This document shows, piece by piece, positions 39,334-48,895 of a stretch of DNA of 64,000 nt. The number at the start of each line of letters is the position of its first letter. Positions within the stretch are counted from its first letter, which is position 1. Source of the stretch: a virus. The notes below the pieces were generated by a model that had not been told where the DNA came from, ran no database searches, and saw only the letters and a program-made list of their open reading frames with translations. The stretch covers positions 1-64,000 of IMG/VR virus record IMGVR_UViG_3300010885_049703; one strand, written 5' to 3'. Both the position numbers and the translations under genes were made by a program.

Positions 39334-40663
39334 TTTAGAATTCCGACAACAAGTGCTTGATACTAAAAGCGCAAGTTTCTGTGCAGCCAAGTGGTACAAT
39401 GCCACTATTTGGTTAGGCTCGGGCATGACTACAAGTTGTCATCATCCATTGCCGCACAAAGTCAGTGTTGATGAAGTACAAATTAATCCTCGAGCATTGC
39501 ACAATACCCCAAAGAAAAAAGCAGAACGTCAAATGATGCAGCAAGGCGAACGTCCAGCTGGCTGCGAATACTGCTGGAAAATAGAAGACATGGGTCGTGA
39601 TGCTATAAGCGATCGTGTTTACAAAAGTAAAATTTATCCCATAGAGGATTTAAATCGTGCAATCAATACGCCACCAAATGAAGATATTAATCTTCGCACT
39701 CTTGAAATTAGTTTTGACCGTACTTGTCAATTCGCTTGCTCTTACTGCAATCCTGCTTTCAGTTCAACATGGGTTAAAGATATCAGAGACAATGGACCCT
39801 ATACTAATTTACTGTCAGACGGTAGGAATCACTTTACTCACGCTCATGACAGTAGTCAACTTTATAGATTTGGCGAGAGTAATCCGTATGTGGAAGCGTT
39901 TTTTAAGTGGTGGGAATCGGACCTACATCAAACATTAGACGAATTACGCATCACCGGTGGTGAACCATTGATGTCAGGATATACTTGGCAGCTACTGGAT
40001 TGGTTCAAAGAGAATAAAGGCAAGAGTAAAACACGTCTTGCGATCAACAGTAATCTTGGCACACAAGTTGACATAGATAGATTGTTTACCAGTGTTGATG
40101 AGCCTATTGATTTGTACACCAGCAACGAGTCTGTGGGCTTACAAGCAGAGTACATACGTGATGGTCTTGTCTGGGATGATTGGGCCAATACAGTAGAACT
40201 TATATTAGACAATCAAATTGGTCACAAACTACGTGGGTTGCATATTATGTGTACTGTCAACACATTGTGTTTGGATAGTCTAGTGGATTTTTTAGATTGC
40301 ATAGTCAATTGGAAACTAAGTTATGGCACAGACGCAGTGAGTTTTACATTAAATATACTACGCTTCCCTAGCTTCCAAAGCCCCTTGGTATTGCCCGAAC
40401 ACTTGCGTACACAGTACAAAGATCAACTTGCTGATTTTATGGCCAGACACAAAGATAACAGTTGCTTGCATGAACATGAATGGAATCACATGCAACGACT
40501 TGTGGATTATCTTGATGTAGTCAAAACTCCTCACAGTGACTCAGCAGAGTTAGAAGTGTTACAACGAGATTTTAAGCAATTCTATCAACAATATGATCAA
40601 CGTCGAGGGAAAGACTTTGCTACAGCATTTCCAAATTTAATGGAGTGGTATGACCAAATTTGA
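39326..40663 (+). CDS. radical SAM enzyme with N-terminal twitch/SPASM-like domain (2)
   Basis: CQFACSYC, TGGEP, and N-terminal CAAKW..CHHP..CEYC. Confidence 0.9.
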   Translation: MNDLEFRQQVLDTKSASFCAAKWYNATIWLGSGMTTSCHHPLPHKVSVDEVQINPRALHNTPKKKAERQMMQQGERPAGCEYCWKIEDMGRDAISDRVYKSKIYPIEDLNRAINTPPNEDINLRTLEISFDRTCQFACSYCNPAFSSTWVKDIRDNGPYTNLLSDGRNHFTHAHDSSQLYRFGESNPYVEAFFKWWESDLHQTLDELRITGGEPLMSGYTWQLLDWFKENKGKSKTRLAINSNLGTQVDIDRLFTSVDEPIDLYTSNESVGLQAEYIRDGLVWDDWANTVELILDNQIGHKLRGLHIMCTVNTLCLDSLVDFLDCIVNWKLSYGTDAVSFTLNILRFPSFQSPLVLPEHLRTQYKDQLADFMARHKDNSCLHEHEWNHMQRLVDYLDVVKTPHSDSAELEVLQRDFKQFYQQYDQRRGKDFATAFPNLMEWYDQI

Positions 40664-41951
40664 TTACAACAGTTCTGATCCAGTTAATATTTCGCTTGAT
40701 GACCTTGATGAACATAAACAGTTTCTGTTAACTGAATCAAAAACATTTTGCATTTACCCCTGGATGCACTTACACGCCTATCCTACCGGAGAAGCCTATC
40801 CTTGTTGCTATAGTGAAATGTGGGCGCCAGTGGGATCATGCAAGAAAAATAGCTTAGAAGAAATTTGGAATGATGCACCAATCCGAAAAATACGACAGAA
40901 CATGCTTTCAGAAAATCGTAGTCCAGCTTGCACACGTTGCTACGAACAAGAGTCTGCAGGGTTTCGCAGTGGACGCCAAGGTGCCAATAAGCATCATGGA
41001 CATCATATTCATAAAATTGACGGCACTGCCAGTGATGGCCATCTTGACAAATTTGAAATGTCATACTGGGATATTCGATTTAGTAACTTATGCAACTTAA
41101 AATGTCGTAGTTGCGGACATATCTTTTCAAGTCAATGGTATCAGGATCAAGCTAAACTAGCCGGACCCGACTGGGCGAAGAATCATAAAGTTTTAAACAT
41201 ATCCGGTCGCGCAGAAGATGACATGTGGAATCAATTACTTCCACATATTGATTATGTAGAACAAATTTACTTTGCTGGCGGCGAACCTCTTCTCATGGAA
41301 GAACACTATAATATTCTTGAGGAACTTGTGCGTCGTAAAATGTTTCATGTAAAATTAATTTACAACACTAACTTTACACATACCAAGCTCAAAGATAAGA
41401 GTGTGTTTGAGTATTGGAAATTGTTCAACAGTATCAGCGTTGGCGCAAGCCTTGACGGTGCTGACCACTATGCTGAGTATATTCGCAAAGGTACAAACTG
41501 GCAGCAAGTAGAACAGAATCGCCTTGATATGATACGAATCTGCCCCGAGGTTGACTTTTACATTAGTCCCACGCTGAGTATTATGAATGCCTGGCACCTG
41601 CCAGATTTTCATCGCGATTGGGTTGAACGTGGCTTTATACGTCACCAAGATTTAAATGTCAACATTCTTCAGGATCCAAATTTTTATAGGATTGACATTG
41701 CCGGTGCAGCATACAAACAAGAGCTCAAAGATAAATTTGAAAGGCATTTAGACTGGTTGCGCCCACATGACCCTCTGCAACGAGCCACGGTAGGATTTGA
41801 GTCAGCTATAAATTTCATGATGGCCAAAGACAACAGTGAGTTGCAGGTAAAGTTTTTTGAACGCACTCAGCAACTTGATGACATACGCGGAGAAAGTATT
41901 TTCAAAGTCATACCAGAACTAGCAAGAATAAATGCAAATACCACACAATAA
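40650..41951 (+). CDS. radical SAM enzyme with N-terminal twitch/SPASM-like domain (3)
   Basis: CNLKCRSC, AGGEP, and N-terminal CIYPW..G..YPCC..CTRC. Confidence 0.9.
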   Translation: MTKFDYNSSDPVNISLDDLDEHKQFLLTESKTFCIYPWMHLHAYPTGEAYPCCYSEMWAPVGSCKKNSLEEIWNDAPIRKIRQNMLSENRSPACTRCYEQESAGFRSGRQGANKHHGHHIHKIDGTASDGHLDKFEMSYWDIRFSNLCNLKCRSCGHIFSSQWYQDQAKLAGPDWAKNHKVLNISGRAEDDMWNQLLPHIDYVEQIYFAGGEPLLMEEHYNILEELVRRKMFHVKLIYNTNFTHTKLKDKSVFEYWKLFNSISVGASLDGADHYAEYIRKGTNWQQVEQNRLDMIRICPEVDFYISPTLSIMNAWHLPDFHRDWVERGFIRHQDLNVNILQDPNFYRIDIAGAAYKQELKDKFERHLDWLRPHDPLQRATVGFESAINFMMAKDNSELQVKFFERTQQLDDIRGESIFKVIPELARINANTTQ

Positions 41952-43161
41952 ATTTTGTATCCTTCCATGGGTAAGTTTGGAAACTAGTCCCGTGGGAACA
42001 GTACGACCCTGTTGTTTAGCCAAGGATGAAATACACAATGACGGTAATAAATTCCACCTTACGACCTCAACCTTTGATCAAATACGAAATAGCAGTTACA
42101 TGCAAGGCCTCCGACAGGAATTTCTTGCAGGTCAACTTCCATCAACATGTGAGCGTTGTTGGGCAATTGAAGATTCAGGAGGAACCTCCAAGCGACAGCA
42201 TACCCTTAACAGACTTAAACACATAGTTGTTGATACAGAGTGGACTGATGATTCTAAAGATTTAATATTCTTGGATCTTAAACTAGGCAACATCTGTAAT
42301 CTCAAATGTCGTATATGTGGACCTTGGAGTTCGAGTACCTATGCCTCGGAAGAAATAGGTACCGTGATGACATTGGAACGCAAGCAAACCTATGCTTATC
42401 AGATGTTGCGCGAAGGACGCTGGCCAAGAGAGAGCCCAGACTTCTGGCAGCAACTCAGTGATATTGCTGGTCAAATACGTTATCTTGAATTTACCGGTGG
42501 CGAACCATTTATGATTGCCGAACACTTTGATTTTCTACAGACACTTGTGGATCGCGGTGTTGCCGGCAATGTTGAAATACATTATAACACCAATGGCACA
42601 CAGTATCCTGAACGTGGTATTGAGTTATGGCCACATTTTAAAACAGTTGAAATCGCCATTAGCATTGATGACTTGGGTGAACGATTTGAATATCAGCGCA
42701 CGGGTGCCCGGTGGACGGAAGTACAAGACAATATATATAAATTTAGAAAACTGCGACGCAACAGCAAAAACATTCAATTACAATTGTGTTGTACAATAAG
42801 CATTTGGAATGTTGTTTACTTCAGCGAGATTGCAGCCTGGGCTAGTTTATTTCCCTGGGACTTTGTTTACTGGAACTACCTACATGATTCCCCAACGTGG
42901 TGCATTGCCAACATGGTTGAGCCAGTCAAAGACAATATAGCAAAGCATTTACAAAGTCAACTCATAGTTGATCAACATGCTGATGAACGAGATAAAATAA
43001 TCGACTTTATGTATTCAAGAGAAGGATACATGGGGTGCGGGCGAGGTGGCGCATTAACTGATGAAATTGAACGATTTGATAAACTACGCAATCAACGTCT
43101 AGGAGATGTTGCACCGCTATTGGCAACAATGTTATACTATGACGGACCTTATGACGACTAA
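41932..43161 (+). CDS. radical SAM enzyme with N-terminal twitch/SPASM-like domain (4)
   Basis: CNLKCRIC, TGGEP, and N-terminal CILPW..G..RPCC..CERC. Confidence 0.9.
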   Translation: MQIPHNKFCILPWVSLETSPVGTVRPCCLAKDEIHNDGNKFHLTTSTFDQIRNSSYMQGLRQEFLAGQLPSTCERCWAIEDSGGTSKRQHTLNRLKHIVVDTEWTDDSKDLIFLDLKLGNICNLKCRICGPWSSSTYASEEIGTVMTLERKQTYAYQMLREGRWPRESPDFWQQLSDIAGQIRYLEFTGGEPFMIAEHFDFLQTLVDRGVAGNVEIHYNTNGTQYPERGIELWPHFKTVEIAISIDDLGERFEYQRTGARWTEVQDNIYKFRKLRRNSKNIQLQLCCTISIWNVVYFSEIAAWASLFPWDFVYWNYLHDSPTWCIANMVEPVKDNIAKHLQSQLIVDQHADERDKIIDFMYSREGYMGCGRGGALTDEIERFDKLRNQRLGDVAPLLATMLYYDGPYDD

Positions 43162-44449
43162 GCCCAAAACACTGTGCATGGCGCCATGGGTTCATACCTA
43201 TCTTTCACCGCAAACTGAACGTCGCATGTGTTGTGCCAGCAGAGAACCTGCGCAAAACTTTCAACAGTATATTGATACCCAGGCCGGTAGTGGCGAGTAT
43301 ATCCCTATTACATTAGAACAACATTGGAATGGTGATCATATGCGAGATGTACGCAGACGTATGATGGCCGGTGAATCTGTGCCTGAGTGTGACGTTTGCA
43401 ACAACAAATTATTGAATACTGACGTTTATAGAGATTATTTCTGGCAATTATTTAAACACCAGTATGACGAAATTTGGGCAACCACTGCCAGCGATGGGTC
43501 AACCACTATGCAGCCCATAAGTTGGGATTATCGTTTCAGCAATCTTTGTAATTTCAAATGTCGTACGTGTGGTGATATGTTGTCAAGCTCTTGGGAAAGT
43601 GAACAGCGCCAGTATCAGATGGTTAACTGGTCAAACCCCAAAAATAATTGGATGAAATCTGATATTCGACAACAGATTACCCAATTTCAAGACACGCAAA
43701 TTGAACAAGAGTTTGCCAAAGCAGTGGAAGAACACCGAGTAGAAGAAATATATTGGGCAGGTGGTGAACCGTTGATGTATGAACAACATTGGCGGTACAT
43801 GAAAAGAATTATTGAACTAGGAGATGGAAAACGTGTTTATGCAAGATATAACAGTAATCTTAGTCGCATCAGCTATGGCGGTGTTAATTTGTTTGATGAT
43901 ATTCTTGTTCATCTTCGCGATTGGCAGATGTGCGCGAGCCTTGACGGTACCGGCTCCACAGGAGAATACATCAGGACAGGACTTGATTACCAAAAATGGC
44001 TCAAAAATTTCCGGCACGGACTAACAGTACAGACTAATCCCAGGCAAATGCGTGTTGACTTTACATTGACATTGCCTGGCATGACCGAAGTTCTTCGCAT
44101 TGAAGAACTGTGTCATGAACTGCATGTGGCACTGTTGGCCAAAGTTATATTCAGTTTTTCCCCAGACATTGTTATGTCACCGTTGGCCTTGCCTCGGCAG
44201 CTGTTGGATCCTTGGCTAGACGATCTAATTAAACAGAGTTCAATCCCCACAATGCGTAGATTGTTAGAAGAACTAAAAACAAGACCTTGTTTTGAAGAAC
44301 AATACACTGCAAAAGAATATCGTGATGGGCTTGCTCGTGGTAAACAACGTATGTTAAAATTAGAATCAATACGTGCATGTAATACTAGCTTGGATAAAAT
44401 TTTAAAAGAAAGACCCGAAGTTTATGAATGGTGGCAATCAATTGATTAA
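43151..44449 (+). CDS. radical SAM enzyme with N-terminal twitch/SPASM-like domain (5)
   Basis: CNFKCRTC, AGGEP, and N-terminal CMAPW..MCC..CDVC. Start is 43151 or 43139. Confidence 0.9.
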   Translation: MTTKPKTLCMAPWVHTYLSPQTERRMCCASREPAQNFQQYIDTQAGSGEYIPITLEQHWNGDHMRDVRRRMMAGESVPECDVCNNKLLNTDVYRDYFWQLFKHQYDEIWATTASDGSTTMQPISWDYRFSNLCNFKCRTCGDMLSSSWESEQRQYQMVNWSNPKNNWMKSDIRQQITQFQDTQIEQEFAKAVEEHRVEEIYWAGGEPLMYEQHWRYMKRIIELGDGKRVYARYNSNLSRISYGGVNLFDDILVHLRDWQMCASLDGTGSTGEYIRTGLDYQKWLKNFRHGLTVQTNPRQMRVDFTLTLPGMTEVLRIEELCHELHVALLAKVIFSFSPDIVMSPLALPRQLLDPWLDDLIKQSSIPTMRRLLEELKTRPCFEEQYTAKEYRDGLARGKQRMLKLESIRACNTSLDKILKERPEVYEWWQSID

Positions 44450-45506
44450 AGTTACATTGCGTAACCCTTTAAAAAAGTCTCAACAATTATCTTATTACAT
44501 CCAACCCTTGGATAATCAATTAGCCAAAGATTGGGTCCGGGCGTTAGAGAATGTCATTGATCAAAATTTAATGCTAGAGAAAAACTTTTGCTTTCTAGGG
44601 TTTCCGCATGCCTTGCGTTCACTGGACTATTTGTGCAATGGTCTCAATCAATCTGTTGGTCAAATCAACGACTTCTTTGGCGGACACTATCAAATCACAG
44701 AAACATATACACCTGAAAGTTGCGTGGCCGAGGACCTAGGGCCAAATCATGAAACATTTAATACATTGCACAATCACTTTGAAAGATTACAAGGCACTGT
44801 GGAGAATCTCAGTACTTTCTATCGTAGTGCCAATGATCCCACAAAGTTTGCTATTAGACAACTCAACAATATCTGTCATGAGCTTGAGAGTTTAATTTTA
44901 AGTCAGCGTAAACTTCGTCTTGATCCTGACTGGGTTAGGCCCAGCCAAATTACAACTTGGCTCAATGCCCCCAGGCATACACTAACTGATGAGCATCGTC
45001 GAGGATTCGTTGACAATGGATATCAGCGCAATTTTGGCACAGTGTATATGCATTGGTGTCAAATTGGCAAAACGTACTTTGAAGTCTGGCGAGATGAACA
45101 TGCCCCTAAACTGACAGATACAGTGTGTGAAGCCATAACACACTTACAATATTACTCAGGGGAGTTTGACATTGAATGGGGACGCACAGTTGATAATCGT
45201 GAACAGTGGTGGCTTGAAGATATAGCACCGTTCTATCAATGGCTAGACGACAATGGACTTGACAAGAATGATACATCGCTGAGTCTTGGACATTTGCCAA
45301 TCGGCACGGTATTGCTGAAAGAAAGTTTTGGTACTGAAAATTGGGAAGAAATTTGGCCAATGCTGGAGCAGCATCTAGATATATATTCAGTAGAAGTCAA
45401 CGGACATACAGCCACGTATGATTATGTCTGGAGCGACAGTGATTACAATCAATTGCAAATTGACATGTTGCGCCCAGGTTACAAACACAGTTCAAGGAAC
45501 TCGTAA
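44424..45506 (+). CDS. hypothetical protein in the biosynthetic operon
   Basis: 360-aa ORF overlapping both neighbours. No family recognised. Confidence 0.7.
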   Translation: MNGGNQLIKVTLRNPLKKSQQLSYYIQPLDNQLAKDWVRALENVIDQNLMLEKNFCFLGFPHALRSLDYLCNGLNQSVGQINDFFGGHYQITETYTPESCVAEDLGPNHETFNTLHNHFERLQGTVENLSTFYRSANDPTKFAIRQLNNICHELESLILSQRKLRLDPDWVRPSQITTWLNAPRHTLTDEHRRGFVDNGYQRNFGTVYMHWCQIGKTYFEVWRDEHAPKLTDTVCEAITHLQYYSGEFDIEWGRTVDNREQWWLEDIAPFYQWLDDNGLDKNDTSLSLGHLPIGTVLLKESFGTENWEEIWPMLEQHLDIYSVEVNGHTATYDYVWSDSDYNQLQIDMLRPGYKHSSRNS

Positions 45507-45607
45507 TGAATTTTTTTAAAAAATGGTGGGATTGGATTCGTTTAGAAATCCGTTACCGCCGCAAACTGCGCGAACTTCGTAAAAGAGATCCGTTCATATA
45601 CAAATGA
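45506..45607 (+). CDS. 33-aa basic micropeptide ending RDPFIYK
   Basis: Not in ORF track. MNFFKKWWDWIRLEIRYRRKLRELRKRDPFIYK. TAATG-coupled upstream and ATGA-coupled to the carbamoyltransferase. Confidence 0.75.
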   Translation: MNFFKKWWDWIRLEIRYRRKLRELRKRDPFIYK

Positions 45608-47085
45608 ATATCCTAGGTATCTCAGCCGGGTTTCACGATGCTGCAATAAGTCTAGTGGATCATCACGGTGATATACTATTTGCCGGGCACAGTGAACGAT
45701 ACAGTAAAGTAAAGAACGATTCGGACATTTGTCAAGCATTGTTGTCTGAGATTCGTGACTACCAAATTGATACCATAGCATACTATGAACGTCCATTAGC
45801 AAAGCAATTACGACAATGGTACAGTGGGCAAGGCATTGAATGGAACAAGTTGTTGGCCAAGAGTATTGTACGTGATCAATGTGCACCGTGGCTACCCAAC
45901 AACCCCCGACAAATAAAGTCGTTCAATCATCATTTGAGCCATGCAGCAGCAGGATTTCAAACCAGTACTTTTGATCGTGCCACAGTGGTAGTGATAGACG
46001 CTATTGGTGAATGGGACACGGTTAGTATCTGGGGAGCTGAATATGTCAACGGTCGGGCAAAGTATACAAAACTATGGGGACAACGATATCCACATAGCAT
46101 AGGATTGTTTTATAGTGCTATGACTCAACGTGTAGGCCTTAAACCCAACGAAGATGAATACATCTTAATGGGCATGAGTGCATATGGTAAACGTGATCTT
46201 GGGGATGTGATTAGTCATCGTTTCGTACACGATGAAGTTGATATTCTGTTTAAAGAAAACTTACATACCGGCATTGTGGCTGATTATCTTGGATACGCAC
46301 AGGATACAGATATTGCTGCCGGTACACAGGATCTAGCAGAAACGTTGATATACAATGTAATGCGTCGTGCAAGAGAGTTTAACTGGAGCACGAATCTTGT
46401 TTATATGGGCGGTGTTGCCCTTAACTGTTTAGCGAATAGGAACCTTGGTGAATACTTTGAACATATATGGATTATGCCTAATCCTGGTGATGCTGGTAGT
46501 AGCCTTGGTGCTGCGGCACTTGCCTATGGTGGTCGTCTCAACTGGCGCAATGCTTATCTTGGGCATAATATACCTGGGCCATATCCTGTTGATTCCCTTC
46601 TTGATAGCCTACTGGCTGATGGGATTGTTGGTGTTGCTAACGGTCGTGCAGAGTTTGGGCCAAGAGCATTAGGCAATCGTAGTTTGCTGGCAGACCCACG
46701 TGGCGCAGATATAAAGGACAGAGTGAATGAAATTAAGCGACGTCAAAAATTTAGACCATTCGCCCCTGTTGTACTGGAGGAGATGGCTGATCAGTACTTT
46801 GATTTCCACCCTGGGTGGTGTAATAGCCGTTATATGCAGTCAGTCGCTCGTTGTCGCTTTCCTAGTGATTATCCTGCTATCTGTCATCATGATGGGACCA
46901 GTAGAGTACAGACGGTTCCAAAGGACGGTTCAGGAATCAGAGAACTGTTAGAAAAGTGGTTTATACTGACTGATTGCCCTATGCTACTCAACACAAGTTT
47001 AAACATTCGAGGTGAACCAATGGTCAATGATCGCAGCGATGCAGATAGGTTTGAAAATTTATATAAAGTAAAGGTACTAAGTTAA
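45604..47085 (+). CDS. O-carbamoyltransferase (NodU/CmcH/TobZ family)
   Basis: HDAA, ERYS, HHLSHAA, GGVALNC, EFGPRALGNRS, RPFAP, DGTSRVQTV and LNTSLN.RGEP motifs. Confidence 0.95.
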   Translation: MNILGISAGFHDAAISLVDHHGDILFAGHSERYSKVKNDSDICQALLSEIRDYQIDTIAYYERPLAKQLRQWYSGQGIEWNKLLAKSIVRDQCAPWLPNNPRQIKSFNHHLSHAAAGFQTSTFDRATVVVIDAIGEWDTVSIWGAEYVNGRAKYTKLWGQRYPHSIGLFYSAMTQRVGLKPNEDEYILMGMSAYGKRDLGDVISHRFVHDEVDILFKENLHTGIVADYLGYAQDTDIAAGTQDLAETLIYNVMRRAREFNWSTNLVYMGGVALNCLANRNLGEYFEHIWIMPNPGDAGSSLGAAALAYGGRLNWRNAYLGHNIPGPYPVDSLLDSLLADGIVGVANGRAEFGPRALGNRSLLADPRGADIKDRVNEIKRRQKFRPFAPVVLEEMADQYFDFHPGWCNSRYMQSVARCRFPSDYPAICHHDGTSRVQTVPKDGSGIRELLEKWFILTDCPMLLNTSLNIRGEPMVNDRSDADRFENLYKVKVLS

Positions 47086-47864
47086 TGATTTCCTCCACTA
47101 CAACTCGCTACAGAGATAATTTTTATTATTACAACAATGATGAAGTCATAGGTCGTAGTTTACAAAAGTACGGTGAGTATGGTCAAACTGAACTTGATTT
47201 TTTACTTTGGATTGTTGATCAACGTTATACAGTGTATGATGTAGGCGCCAACATAGGAGTATATTCCACAGCATTTGCATCTCGTGGTGCTCAAGTCTAT
47301 GCGTTTGAACCAAACCCCCACAATTATTCTTTGTTGAAACGAAATACCGAAGGATTAACTAATGTACATTGTCGACAAAATGCTATTGGCAATGGGCTTG
47401 GAAAAATCTCTATTGAAGATTTTAATCCTGAAGAATCTGGCAACTATGGAACAATGTCAACCAAACATAATCGCGGTGTTGAAGTAGACTTAATGGCATT
47501 AGACTATCTTGATATCCCTATACCTAACTTGCTAAAAATTGATGTAGAGGGAGCCGAGCTCGATGTGTTGTTGGGCTGCGAGAAAAAAATTGCTGAATCA
47601 GTGCCATGCATTGTGTATGAAGCACACGAAACCGAACAGTTTAGTGAGATTTGGCATTTCTTAAAACAATTTGATTATCGTTTGTATTGGTTGCAATGCA
47701 TGAATTACAATCCCAAGAACTTCAATGAGAATTCAGAAAACATATTTGAAAACACTGCATTGTTTAGTGTAGTGGCTTGGCCTCCAGGTTGGCCACTGTC
47801 ATTGACTGCTCAAGAAGTCACTGGCCCCAATGACGACTGGCACAAATTTGAAACTTACAGATAA
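47085..47864 (+). CDS. FkbM-family SAM-dependent methyltransferase
   Basis: DVGANIG, AFEPNP and KIDVEGAE motifs. Confidence 0.9.
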   Translation: MISSTTTRYRDNFYYYNNDEVIGRSLQKYGEYGQTELDFLLWIVDQRYTVYDVGANIGVYSTAFASRGAQVYAFEPNPHNYSLLKRNTEGLTNVHCRQNAIGNGLGKISIEDFNPEESGNYGTMSTKHNRGVEVDLMALDYLDIPIPNLLKIDVEGAELDVLLGCEKKIAESVPCIVYEAHETEQFSEIWHFLKQFDYRLYWLQCMNYNPKNFNENSENIFENTALFSVVAWPPGWPLSLTAQEVTGPNDDWHKFETYR

Positions 47865-48895
47865 GTCTCAAGACCGCCGCGACGTCTGATGTCTTGTGTG
47901 CAGCAACTAATACCTCCGTCCCAGAAGTAACTGTGACGGAGTTCGCTTATTATGGGATTGATTTGATGTCGCTCGCAAAAATCAAATACAGTTTTATTGT
48001 AGGCACTGAAAATTACATTTGATTCATCTAGTACCAGGCAGTTGACATCAAACACTGTCTCGGCAACAAACCCAGTCCACTTTGCCAAATAGGTATTGAC
48101 ATACTCTGTAAATTCAGCAGTGGGTGTTTGTCCTTGTACATACCAAGCACCAGGTGATTCCTCATAACGGAATTTTCCTATTTCCATGGCAGCATGTATA
48201 CTTGAATCCCAAATTTTACATACTTCCCATCCAGGAAAGTCTTGATCAAAATGTAAGTTTACATCGTGTTTACTTGACAGTATCACACCTGGTTTAAGTA
48301 TGGCAAACACAGCATCACCGTGCCCATCTGTTACAGCTTCATGTATTCTATACTCAGCACCTAGTACATTATCAACTATCCAACGACTTTGATCCGGGCG
48401 CAAGAAGTCACTGTTGTCAAAAAATACATCACGGCCCACACGCACAATGCAACTAGCCGACGCACCGTTTAGTATACAGTTTGGATCCCAGTTAGCACCA
48501 TGTGGATTAATGATGCACCCTGGTTGCCCTTGATTATACTCAGAACAAATATCGTTTAATTCAATCATAGGCAATACACGTAACAATTTATTACCTAGTG
48601 TTATTTGCCAATCTCTTGGAGTCAACGGCGGTAAAGGAACACCTTCGTTTCTGATTTGACTTTTTTGAAACCAATTAATATCAGGCAATTTAGGTCTGCG
48701 TACCTTGGCCCCAAAGGTTTCAATGGTGCGTTGAAGATTGTCAAGATCTTCGGCAGTTTCTAACAGTATTTGTTGTAACTGACTACGAACCTGCGGGCTG
48801 TCAATGAAGTCAAAGTATTCAGGATTGTAAGCACGACCCACGATAACTTCTTCTAATGGTTGCCAGCTGGTAAATGAATTAATTAATGGAGTCAT
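47855..48895 (-). CDS. amidinotransferase (pentein superfamily)
   Basis: INSFTSWQPLEEVIVGRA, TPRD, GHGD and WDGGISCCT motifs. Confidence 0.85.
   Translation of the reverse strand: MTPLINSFTSWQPLEEVIVGRAYNPEYFDFIDSPQVRSQLQQILLETAEDLDNLQRTIETFGAKVRRPKLPDINWFQKSQIRNEGVPLPPLTPRDWQITLGNKLLRVLPMIELNDICSEYNQGQPGCIINPHGANWDPNCILNGASASCIVRVGRDVFFDNSDFLRPDQSRWIVDNVLGAEYRIHEAVTDGHGDAVFAILKPGVILSSKHDVNLHFDQDFPGWEVCKIWDSSIHAAMEIGKFRYEESPGAWYVQGQTPTAEFTEYVNTYLAKWTGFVAETVFDVNCLVLDESNVIFSAYNKTVFDFCERHQINPIISELRHSYFWDGGISCCTQDIRRRGGLETYL

Noticed and set aside
36801-45607. RiPP system (SPASM maturases plus precursor peptide)
   Set aside because: No RRE/PqqD domain, protease or exporter was recognised and the context is glycosyltransferase-rich. 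Kept only as a minor alternative for the 33-aa peptide.
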